NCBI GenBank assembly: GCA_040954595.2
Contig: CM082582.2
Coordinates: 10,593,483-10,657,482, forward strand
From: Balanoglossus misakiensis
Lineage: Eukaryota > Animalia > Hemichordata
Direction: 5' to 3'
Length of the DNA: 64,000 bases
The position numbers and the translations under genes are program-made. Shown here in pieces: positions 40,301-52,260 of this stretch (position 1 is the stretch's first letter; each line of letters begins with the position of its first letter). Below the pieces are notes generated by a model. That model had not been told where the DNA came from. It saw nothing but the letters and a program-made list of their open reading frames with translations, and made no database searches.

Positions 40301-43300
40301 CATGGGTTATAGCTCAGGAAAATCATCAAAAAATGAGAATTTTTCGACTTTGCGAAAAGTCAAAATTCGGTCGATTTTTGAAAAAATCATGGGTTATAGC
40401 TCAGGAAAATCATCAAAAAATGAGAATTTTTCGACTTTGCGAAAAGTCAAAATTGGGTCGATTTTTGAAAAAATCATGGGTTATAGCTCAGGAAAATCAT
40501 CAAAAAATGAGGATTTTTCGACTTTGCGAAAAGTCAAAATTGGGTCGTTTTTTGAAAAAATCATGGGTTATAGCTCAGGAAAATCATCAAAAAATGAGAA
40601 TTTTTCGACTTTGCGAAAAGTCAAAATTGGGTCGATTTTTGAAAAAATCATGAGTTATAGCTCAGGAAAATCATCAAAAAATGAGAATTTTTCGACTTTG
40701 CGAAAAGTCAAAATTGGGTCGATTTTTGAAAAAATCATGGGTTATAGCTCAGGAAAATCATCAAAAAATGAGAATTTTTCGACTTTGCGAAAAGTCAAAA
40801 TTGGGTCGATTTTTGAAAAAATCATGGGTTATAGCTCAGGAAAATCATCAAAAAATGAGAATTTTTCGACTTTGCGAAAAGTCAAAATTCGGTCGATTTT
40901 TGAAAAAATCATGGGTTATAGCTCAGGAAAATCATCAAAAAATGAGAATTTTTCGACTTTGCGAAAAGTCAAAATTGGGTCGATTTTTGAAAAAATCATG
41001 GGTTATAGCTCAGGAAAATCATCAAAAAATGAGAATTTTTCGACTTTGCGAAAAGTCAAAATTGGGTCGTTTTTTGAAAAAATCATGGGTTATAGCTCAG
41101 GAAAATCATCAAAAAATGAGAATTTTTCGACTTTGCGAAAAGTCAAAATTGGGTCGATTTTTGAAAAAATCATGAGTTATTGCTCAGGAAAATCATCAAA
41201 AAATGAGAATTTTTCGACTTTGCGAAAAGTCAAAATTGGGTCGATTTTTGAAAAAATCATGGGTTATAGCTCAGGAAAATCATCAAAAAATGAGAATTTT
41301 TCGACTTTGCGAAAAGTCAAAATTGGGTCGATTTTTGAAAAAAATCATGGGTTATAGCTCAGGAAAATCATCAAAAAATGAGAATTTTTCGACTTTGCGA
41401 AAAGTCAAAATTGGGTCGATTTTTGAAAAATTCATGGGTTATAGCTCAGGAAAATCATCAAAAAATGAGAATTTTTCGACTTTGCGAAAAGTCAAAATTC
41501 GGTCGATTTTTGAAAAAATCATGGGTTATAGCTCAGGAAAATCATCAAAAAATGAGAATTTTTCGACTTTGCGAAAAGTCAAAATTCGGTCGATTTTTGA
41601 AAAAATCATGGGTTATAGCTCAGGAAAATCATCAAAAAATGAGAATTTTTCGACTTTGCGAAAAGTCAAAATTGGGTCGATTTTTGAAAAAATCATGGGT
41701 TATAGCTCAGGAAAATCATCAAAAAATGAGGATTTTTCGACTTTGCGAAAAGTCAAAATTGGGTCGTTTTTTGAAAAAATCATGGGTTATAGCTCAGGAA
41801 AATCATCAAAAAATGAGAATTTTTCGACTTTGCGAAAAGTCAAAATTGGGTCGATTTTTGAAAAAATCATGAGTTATAGCTCAGGAAAATCATCAAAAAA
41901 TGAGAATTTTTCGACTTTGCGAAAAGTCAAAATTGGGTCGATTTTTGAAAAAATCATGGGTTATAGCTCAGGAAAATCATCAAAAAATGAGAATTTTTCG
42001 ACTTTGCGAAAAGTCAAAATTGGGTCGATTTTTGAAAAAATCATGGGTTATAGCTCAGGAAAATCATCAAAAAATGAGAATTTTTCGACTTTGCGAAAAG
42101 TCAAAATTCGGTCGATTTTTGAAAAAATCATGGGTTATAGCTCAGGAAAATCATCAAAAAATGAGAATTTTTCGACTTTGCGAAAAGTCAAAATTGGGTC
42201 GATTTTTGAAAAAATCATGGGTTATAGCTCAGGAAAATCATCAAAAAATGAGAATTTTTCGACTTTGCGAAAAGTCAAAATTGGGTCGTTTTTTGAAAAA
42301 ATCATGGGTTATAGCTCAGGAAAATCATCAAAAAATGAGAATTTTTCGCCTTTGCGAAAAGTCAAAATTGGGTCGATTTTTGAAAAAATCATGAGTTATT
42401 GCTCAGGAAAATCATCAAAAAATGAGAATTTTTCGACTTTGCGAAAAGTCAAAATTGGGTCGATTTTTGAAAAAATCATGGGTTATAGCTCAGGAAAATC
42501 ATCAAAAAATGAGAATTTTTCGACTTTGCGAAAAGTCAAAATTGGGTCGATTTTTGAAAAAAATCATGGGTTATAGCTCAGGAAAATCATCAAAAAATGA
42601 GAATTTTTCGACTTTGCGAAAAGTCAAAATTGGGTCGATTTTTGAAAAATTCATGGGTTATAGCTCAGGAAAATCATCAAAAAATGAGAATTTTTCGACT
42701 TTGCGAAAAGTCAAAATTCGGTCGATTTTTGAAAAAATCATGGGTTATAGCTCAGGAAAATCATCAAAAAATGAGAATTTTTCGACTTTGCGAAAAGTCA
42801 AAATTGGGTCGATTTTTGAAAAAATCATGGGTTATAGCTCAGGAAAATCATCAAAAAATGAGAATTTTTCGACTTTGCGAAAAGTCAAAATTGGGTCGTT
42901 TTTTTGAAAAAATCATGGGTTATAGCTCAGGAAAATCATCAAAAAATGAGAATTTTTCGACTTTGCGAAAAGTCAAAATTGGGTCGATTTTTGAAAAAAT
43001 CATGAGTTATAGCTCAGGAAAATCATCAAAAAATGAGAATTTTTCGACTTTGCGAAAAGTCAAAATTGGGTCGATTTTTGAAAAAATCATGGGTTATAGC
43101 TCAGGAAAATCATCAAAAAATGAGAATTTTTCGACTTTGCGAAAAGTCAAAATTGGGTCGATTTTTGAAAAAATCATGGGTTATAGCTCAGGAAAATCAT
43201 CAAAAAATGAGAATTTTTCGACTTTGCGAAAAGTCAAAATTCGGTCGATTTTTGAAAAAATCATGGGTTATAGCTCAGGAAAATCATCAAAAAATGAGAA

Positions 43301-46300
43301 TTTTTCGACTTTGCGAAAAGTCAAAATTGGGTCGATTTTTGAAAAAATCATGGGTTATAGCTCAGGAAAATCATCAAAAAATGAGAATTTTTCGACTTTG
43401 CGAAAAGTCAAAATTGGGTCGTTTTTTGAAAAAATCATGGGTTATAGCTCAGGAAAATCATCAAAAAATGAGAATTTTTCGACTTTGCGAAAAGTCAAAA
43501 TTGGGTCGATTTTTGAAAAAAATCATGGGTTATAGCTCAGGAAAATCATCAAAAAATGAGAATTTTTCGACTTTGCGAAAAGTCAAAATTGGGTCGATTT
43601 TTGAAAAATTCATGGGTTATAGCTCAGGAAAATCATCAAAAAATGAGAATTTTTCGACTTTGCGAAAAGTCAAAATTCGGTCGATTTTTGAAAAAATCAT
43701 GGGTTATAGCTCAGGAAAATCATCAAAAAATGAGAATTTTTCGACTTTGCGAAAAGTCAAAATTGGGTCGATTTTTGAAAAAATCATGGGTTATAGCTCA
43801 GGAAAATCATCAAAAAATGAGGATTTTTCGACTTTGCGAAAAGTCAAAATTGGGTCGTTTTTTGAAAAAATCATGGGTTATAGCTCAGGAAAATCATCAA
43901 AAAATGAGAATTTTTCGACTTTGCGAAAAGTCAAAATTGGGTCGATTTTTGAAAAAATCATGAGTTATAGCTCAGGAAAATCATCAAAAAATGAGAATTT
44001 TTCGACTTTGCGAAAAGTCAAAATTGGGTCGATTTTTGAAAAAATCATGGGTTATAGCTCAGGAAAATCATCAAAAAATGAGAATTTTTCGACTTTGCGA
44101 AAAGTCAAAATTGGGTCGATTTTTGAAAAAATCATGGGTTATAGCTCAGGAAAATCATCAAAAAATGAGAATTTTTCGACTTTGCGAAAAGTCAAAATTC
44201 GGTCGATTTTTGAAAAAATCATGGGTTATAGCTCAGGAAAATCATCAAAAAATGAGAATTTTTCGACTTTGCGAAAAGTCAAAATTGGGTCGATTTTTGA
44301 AAAAATCATGGGTTATAGCTCAGGAAAATCATCAAAAAATGAGAATTTTTCGACTTTGCGAAAAGTCAAAATTGGGTCGTTTTTTGAAAAAATCATGGGT
44401 TATAGCTCAGGAAAATCATCAAAAAATGAGAATTTTTCGACTTTGCGAAAAGTCAAAATTGGGTCGATTTTTGAAAAAATCATGAGTTATTGCTCAGGAA
44501 AATCATCAAAAAATGAGAATTTTTCGACTTTGCGAAAAGTCAAAATTGGGTCGATTTTTGAAAAAATCATGGGTTATAGCTCAGGAAAATCATCAAAAAA
44601 TGAGAATTTTTCGACTTTGCGAAAAGTCAAAATTGGGTCGATTTTTGAAAAAAATCATGGGTTATAGCTCAGGAAAATCATCAAAAAATGAGAATTTTTC
44701 GACTTTGCGAAAAGTCAAAATTGGGTCGATTTTTGAAAAATTCATGGGTTATAGCTCAGGAAAATCATCAAAAAATGAGAATTTTTCGACTTTGCGAAAA
44801 GTCAAAATTGGGTCGATTTTTGAAAAATTCATGGGTTATAGCTCAGGAAAATCATCAAAAAATGAGAATTTTTCGACTTTGCGAAAAGTCAAAATTGGGT
44901 CGATTTTTGAAAAAATCATGGGTTATAGCTCAGGAAAATCATCAAAAAATGAGAATTTTTCGACTTTGCGAAAAGTCAAAATTGGGTCGTTTTTTGAAAA
45001 AATCATGGGTTATAGCTCAGGAAAATCATCAAAAAATGAGAATTTTTCGACTTTGCGAAAAGTCAAAATTGGGTCGATTTTTGAAAAAATCATGAGTTAT
45101 AGCTCAGGAAAATCATCAAAAAATGAGAATTTTTCGACTTTGCGAAAAGTCAAAATTGGGTCGATTTTTGAAAAAATCATGGGTTATAGCTCAGGAAAAT
45201 CATCAAAAAATGAGAATTTTTCGACTTTGCGAAAAGTCAAAATTGGGTCGATTTTTGAAAAAATCATGGGTTATAGCTCAGGAAAATCATCAAAAAATGA
45301 GAATTTTTCGACTTTGCGAAAAGTCAAAATTGGGTCGATTTTTGAAAAAATCATGGGTTATAGCTCAGGAAAATCATCAAAAAATGAGAATTTTTCGACT
45401 TTGCGAAAAGTCAAAATTGGGTCGATTTTTGAAAAAATCATGGGTTATAGCTCAGGAAAATCATCAAAAAATGAGAATTTTTCGACTTTGCGAAAAGTCA
45501 AAATTGGGTCGTTTTTTGAAAAAATCATGGGTTATAGCTCAGGAAAATCATCAAAAAATGAGAATTTTTCGACTTTGCGAAAAGTCAAAATTGGGTCGAT
45601 TTTTGAAAAAATCATGAGTTATAGCTCAGGAAAATCATCAAAAAATGAGAATTTTTCGACTTTGCGAAAAGTCAAAATTGGGTCGATTTTTGAAAAAATC
45701 ATGGGTTATAGCTCAGGAAAATCATCAAAAAATGAGAATTTTTCGACTTTGCGAAAAGTCAAAATTGGGTCGATTTTTGAAAAAATCATGGGTTATAGCT
45801 CAGGAAAATCATCAAAAAATGAGATTTTTTCGACTTTGCGAAAAGTCAAAATTGGGTCGATTTTTGAAAAAATCATGGGTTATAGCTCAGGAAAATCATC
45901 AAAAAATGAGATTTTTTCGACTTTGCGAAAAGTCAAAATTGGGTCGATTTTTGAAAAAATCATGGGTTATAGCTCAGGAAAATCATCAAAAAATGAGAAT
46001 TTTTCGACTTTGCGAAAAGTCAAAATTGGGTCGATTTTTGAAAAAATCATGGGTTATAGCTCAGGAAAATCATCAAAAAATGAGAATTTTTCGACTTTGC
46101 GAAAAGTCAAAATTGGGTCGATTTTTCAAAAAATCATGGGTTATAGCTCAGGAAAATCATCAAAAAATAAGAATTTTTTGACTTTGCGAAAAGTCAAAAT
46201 TGGGTCGATTTTTGAAAAAATCATGGGTTATAGCTCAGGAAAATCATCAAAAAATGAGAATTTTTCGACTTTGCGAAAAGTCAAAATTGGGTCGATTTTT

Positions 46301-49300
46301 GAAAAAACGATGGGTTATAGCTCAGGAAAATCATCAAAAAATGAGAATTTTTCGACTTTGCGAAAAGTCAAAATTGGGTCGATTTTTGAAAAAATCATGG
46401 GTTATAGCTCAGGAAAATCATCAAAAAATGAGAATTTTTCGACTTTGCGAAAAGTCAAAATTGGGTCGATTTTTGAAAAAATCATGGGTTATAGCTCAGG
46501 AAAATCATCAAAAAATGAGAATTTTTCGACTTTGCGAAAAGTCAAAATTGGGTTGATTTTTGAAAAAATCATGGGTTATAGCTCAGGAAAATCATCAAAA
46601 AATGAGAATTTTTCGACTTTGCGAAAAGTCAAAATTGGGTCGATTTTTGAAAAAATCATGGGTTATAGCTCAGGAAAATCATCCAAAAATGTCAATTTTT
46701 CGACTTTCCGAAATTTCAAAATTTCTTCATTTTTTGATAAAAATCATGGGTTATAGCTCAGGAGAATCATCAAAAAATGAGAATTTTTCGACTTTGCGAA
46801 AAGTGAAAATTGGGTCGATTTTTGAAAAAATCATGGGTTATAGCTCAGGAAAATCATCAAAAAATGAGAATTTTTCGACTTTGCGAAAAGTCAAAATTGG
46901 GTCGATTTTTGAAAAAATCATGAGTTATAGCTCAGGAAAATCATCAAAAAATGAGAATTTTTCGACTTTGCGAAAAGTCAAAATTGGGTCGATTTTTGAA
47001 AAAATCATGGGTTATAGCTCAGGAAAATCATCAAAAAATGAGAATTTTTCGACTTTGCGAAAAGTCAAAATTGGGTCGATTTTTGAAAAAATCATGGGTT
47101 ATAGCTCAAGAAAATCATCAAAAAATGAGATTTTTTCGACTTTGCGAAAAGTCAAAATTGGGTCGATTTTTGAAAAAATCATGGGTTAGAGCTCAGGAAA
47201 ATCATCAAAAAATGAGAATTTTTCGACTTTGCGAAAAGTCAAAATTGGGTCGATTTTTGAAAAAATCATGGGTTATAGCTCAGGAAAATCATCAAAAAAT
47301 GAGAATTTTTTGACTTTGCGAAAAGTCAAAATTGGGTCGATTTTTGAAAAAATCATGGGTTATAGCTCAGGAAAATCATCAAAAAATGAGAATTTTTCGA
47401 CTTTGCGAAAAGTCAAAATTGGGTCGATTTTTGAAAAAATCATGGGTTATAGCTCAGGAAAATCATCAAAAAATGAGAATTTTTCGACTTTGCGAAAAGT
47501 CAAAATTGGGTCGATTTTTGAAAAAATCATGGGTTATAGCTCAGGAAAATCATCAAAAAATGAGAATTTTTCGACTTTGCGAAAAGTCAAAATTGGGTCG
47601 ATTTTTGAAAAAATCATGGGTTATAGCTCAGGAAAATCATCAAAAAATGAGATTTTTACGACTTTGCGAAAAGTCAAAATTGGGTCGATTTTTGAAAAAA
47701 TCATGGGTTATAGCTCAGGAAAATCATCAAAAAATGAGAATTTTTCGACTTTGCGAAAAGTCAAAATTGGGTCGATTTTTGAAAAAATCATGGGTTATAG
47801 CTCAGGAAAATCATCAAAAAATGAGAATTTTTCGACTTTGCGAAAAGTCAAAATTGGGTCGATTTTTGAAAAAATCATGGGTTATAGCTCAGGAAAATCA
47901 TCAAAAAATGAGAATTTTTCGACTTTGCGAAAAGTCAAAATTGGGTCGATTTTTGAAAAAATCATGGGTTATAGCTCAGGAAAATCATCAAAAAATGAGA
48001 ATTTTTCGACTTTGCGAAAAGTCAAAATTGGGTCGATTTTTGAAAAAATCATGGGTTATAGCTCAGGAAAATCATCAAAAAATGAGAATTTTTCGACTTT
48101 GCGAAAAGTCAAAATTGGGTCGATTTTTGAAAAAATCATGGGTTATAGCTCAGGAAAATCATCAAAAAATGAGAATTTTTCGACTTTGCGAAAAGTCAAA
48201 ATTGGGTCGATTTTTGAAAAAATCATGGGTTATAGCTCAGGAAAATCATCAAAAAATGAGAATTTTTCGACTTTGCGAAAAGTCAAAATTGGGTCGATTT
48301 TTGAAAAAATCATGGGTTATAGCTCAGGAAAATCATCAAAAAATGAGAATTTTTCGACTTTGCGAAAAGTCAAAATTGGGTCGATTTTTGAAAAAATCAT
48401 GGGTTATAGCTCAGGAAAATCATCAAAAAATGAGAATTTTTCGACTTTGCGAAAAGTCAAAATTGGGTCGATTTTTGAAAAAATCATGGGTTATAGCTCA
48501 GGAAAATCATCAAAAAATGAGAATTTTTCGACTTTGCGAAAAGTCAAAATTGGGTTGATTTTTGAAAAAATCATGGGTTATAGCTCAGGAAAATCATCAA
48601 AAAATGAGAATTTTTCGACTTTGCGAAAAGTCAAAATTGGGTCGTTTTTTGAAAAAATCATGGGTTATAGCTCAGGAAAATCATCAAAAAATGAGAATTT
48701 TTCGACTTTGCGAAAAGTCAAAATTGGGTCGATTTTTGAAAAAATCATGGGTTATAGCTCAGGAAAATCATCAAAAAATGAGAATTTTTCGACTTTGCGA
48801 AAAGTCAAAATTGGGTCGATTTTTGAAAAAAATCATGGGTTATAGCTCAGGAAAATCATCAAAAAATGAGAATTTTTCGACTTTGCGAAAAGTCAAAATT
48901 GGGTCGATTTTTGAAAAATTCATGGGTTATAGCTCAGGAAAATCATCAAAAAATGAGAATTTTTCGACTTTGCGAAAAGTCAAAATTGGGTCGATTTTTG
49001 AAAAAATCATGGGTTATAGCTCAGGAAAATCATCAAAAAATGAGAATTTTTCGACTTTGCGAAAAGTCAAAATTGGGTCGATTTTTGAAAAAATCATGGG
49101 TTATAGCTCAGGAAAATCATCAAAAAATGAGAATTTTTCGACTTTGCGAAAAGTCAAAATTGGGTCGATTTTTGAAAAAATCATGGGTTATAGCTCAGGA
49201 AAATCATCAAAAAATGAGAATTTTTCGACTTTGCGAAAAGTCAAAATTGGGTCGATTTTTGAAAAAATCATGGGTTATAGCTCAGGAAAATCATCAAAAA

Positions 49301-52052
49301 ATGAGAATTTTTCGACTTTGCGAAAAGTCAAAATTGGGTTGATTTTTGAAAAAATCATGGGTTATAGCTCAGGAAAATCATCAAAAAATGAGAATTTTTC
49401 GACTTTGCGAAAAGTCAAAATTGGGTCGTTTTTTGAAAAAATCATGGGTTATAGCTCAGGAAAATCATCAAAAAATGAGAATTTTTCGACTTTGCGAAAA
49501 GTCAAAATTGGGTCGATTTTTGAAAAAATCATGGGTTATAGCTCAGGAAAATCATCAAAAAATGAGAATTTTTCGACTTTGCGAAAAGTCAAAATTGGGT
49601 CGATTTTTGAAAAAAATCATGGGTTATAGCTCAGGAAAATCATCAAAAAATGAGAATTTTTCGACTTTGCGAAAAGTCAAAATTGGGTCGATTTTTGAAA
49701 AATTCATGGGTTATAGCTCAGGAAAATCATCAAAAAATGAGAATTTTTCGACTTTGCGAAAAGTCAAAATTGGGTCGATTTTTGAAAAAATCATGGGTTA
49801 TAGCTCAGGAAAATCATCAAAAAATGAGAATTTTTCGACTTTGCGAAAAGTCAAAATTGGGTCGATTTTTGAAAAAATCATGGGTTATAGCTCAGGAAAA
49901 TCATCAAAAAATGAGAATTTTTCAATTTTGCGAAAAGTCAAAATTTGGTCGATTTTTGAAAAAAATCATGGGTTATAGCTCAGGAAAATCATCAAAAAAT
50001 GAGAAATTTTCGACTTTGCGAAAAGTCAAAATTGGGTCGATTTTTGAAAAAATCATGGGTTATAGCTCAGGAAAATCATCAAAAAATGAGAATTTTTCGC
50101 CTTTGCGAAAAGTCAAAATTGGGTCGATTTTTGAAAAAATCATGGGTTATAGCTCAGGAAAATCATCAAAAAATGAGAATTTTTCGACTTTGCGAAAAGT
50201 CAAAATTGGGTCGATTTTTGAAAAAATCATGGGTTATAGCTCAGGAAAATCATCAAAAAATGAGAATTTTTCGACTTTGCGAAAAGTCAAAATTGGGTCG
50301 ATTTTTGAAAAAATCATGGGTTATAGCTCAGGAAAATCATCAAAAAATGAGAATTTTTCGACTTTGCGAAAAGTCAAAATTGGGTCGATTTTTGAAAAAA
50401 TCATGGGTTATAGCTCAGGAAAATTATCAAAAAATGAGAATTTTTCGACTTTGCGAAAAGTCAAAATTGGGTCGATTTTTGAAAAAATCATGGGTTATAG
50501 CTCAGGAACATCATCAAAAAATGAGAATTTTTCGACTTTGCGAAAAGTCAAAATTGGGTCGATTTTTGAAAAAATCATGGGTTATAGCTCAGGAAAATCA
50601 TCAAAAAATGAGAATTTTTCGACTTTGCGAAAAGTCAAAATTGGGTCGATTTTTGAAAAAAATCATGGGTTATAGCTCAGGAAAATCATCAAAAAATGAG
50701 AATTTTTCGACTTTGCGAAAAGTGAAAATTGGGTCGATTTTTGAAAAAATCATGGGTTATAGCTCAGGAAAATCATCAAAAAATGAGAATTTTTCGACTT
50801 TGCGAAAAGTCAAAATTGGGTCGATTTTTGAAAAAATCATGGGTTATAGCTCAGGAAAATCATCAAAAAATGAGAATTGTTCAATTTTGCGAAAAGTCAA
50901 AATTGGGTCGATTTTTGACAAAATCATGGGTTATAGCTCAGGAAAATCATCAAAAAATGAGAATTGTTCAATTTTGCGAAAAGTCAAAATTGGGTCGATT
51001 TTTGAAAAAAATAATGGGTTATAGCTCAGGAAAATCATCAGAAAATGAGAATTTTTCGACTTTTGCGAAAAGTGAAAATTTGGTTGATTTTTGAAAAAAA
51101 ATCATGGGCTATAGCTCACGAAAATCATCAAAAAATGAGATTTTTTCGACTTTGCGAAAAGTCAAAATTTGGTCGATTTTTGAAAAAAATCATGGGTTAT
51201 AGCTCATGAAAATCATCAAAAAATGACAAATTCTCGACTTTGCAAATTTTGGTGTGTTTGTCACTTTTGGACATTTTTTATTGGTTCTCGACTTTTTCTT
51301 GGACATAATTACCTGCTTCCTCGAAATGCCACATTGTTGGGAATCTCTTCTTTATCGGCGGGGACACGGCCGTCAGCACCAGCACGGCAGAAGTGTTCAC
51401 CCATCGGACGATGCAGCGACGAATCATGCGGCTCCTTTCGTCGCCACCGTGGATGTTGGCAGCCACGATCTGTGCCACCTGGTCCGTCCAAGGAATCACC
51501 AGGTACTGGCTCCACCACCGACCGATGATGATGGAGACGTAAAATCCCAGGATAAAACTCAAGGGAATTATGTTGGTGCCGTGGTTTGCATACAAGGCGA
51601 TCTGGGATGGGGATGGTGGGAAAGGCGGGCAGGCAGACAGACAGACAGATGAGGTGAGGGATGAAAGAGGAGATGAGAGAGAAGATGAAAGACACTTGAA
51701 TATAATTATTATATGTTCGAGCCGGTAGCTTTTGATCGACAAGTCGCCACGAATATCTAACATATTATCATGGTTTACGTTGTTTCCCCAGGGGGCTCCA
51801 AATAAAAGTATGGTTACAGGCAAACTACGTGATCCCAAAGACCCAAAGCAACCCTCTTACCTTTTCGAAATTTCGTTTCTGCGGTTCAGACAGCGCATGT
51901 TTGTAGGTGATGGTCAGCATGTAATACAAAGTGATGAACACCAGCATCTCTCTGTAGAGCAACTTGTAAATACTACCCTTCCATCGAAACAGCAAACTGG
52001 AGAACGCCGTCAAGCTGGCTTTCGACACCTTCAAAGAATACGTCACTGTCAT
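25386..52052 (-). CDS. Bestrophin family anion channel, paralog A (carries the satellite-filled intron)
   Basis: Exons 52052-51861, 51601-51313, 27782-27628, 27346-27269, 26927-26775, 26576-26496, 26278-26124, 26031-25578, 25418-25386. Motifs [64 protein letters not shown]. Phase 1 is preserved across the 23.5-kb intron; no stops or frameshifts seen. The last exon is less certain. Confidence 0.92.
27797..51290. repeat. 87-bp tandem satellite array, about 270 copies, filling intron 2 of bestrophin A
   Basis: Consensus ATCATGGGTTATAGCTCAGGAAAATCATCAAAAAATGAGAATTTTTCGACTTTGCGAAAAGTCAAAATTGGGTCGATTTTTGAAAAA. Most copies are identical or 1-2 substitutions away, with diverged monomers at both edges. 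Copy number estimated as length divided by 87. Confidence 0.98.
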
Positions 52053-52260
52053 CTCGATGACGTCGATCACTGGTCGATCAAGTTTTCTTTAAGCTCGTCT
52101 CTATCTTAGATACCTGTATAGGGGCGTGGCAGTTTTCCTTGTCTCAGACACGTTCCATTAATAAAATGTATCAATGCACGACATAATTAAGACGGAACAG
52201 GAATTCTCACGTCGGAAGTCCGTGAGCGGAATTATAAGTTGCGTTGAGCTTACCACTTTA

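Noticed and set aside
27843-51094. Giant repetitive ORFs up to 1893 aa ([29 protein letters not shown] and [29 protein letters not shown] repeats)
   Set aside because: The 87-bp unit is a multiple of three and happens to lack stops in two frames. Several common variants are synonymous in the MGYSS frame, but stops and +1 frameshifts occur and are amplified within HORs, and the ORFs are antisense inside an intron with no unique domains. Only ribosome profiling or peptides would revive this.
27855-51240. CRISPR-like array
   Set aside because: No unique spacers, no cas genes, and a eukaryotic intron context; it is a head-to-tail satellite.
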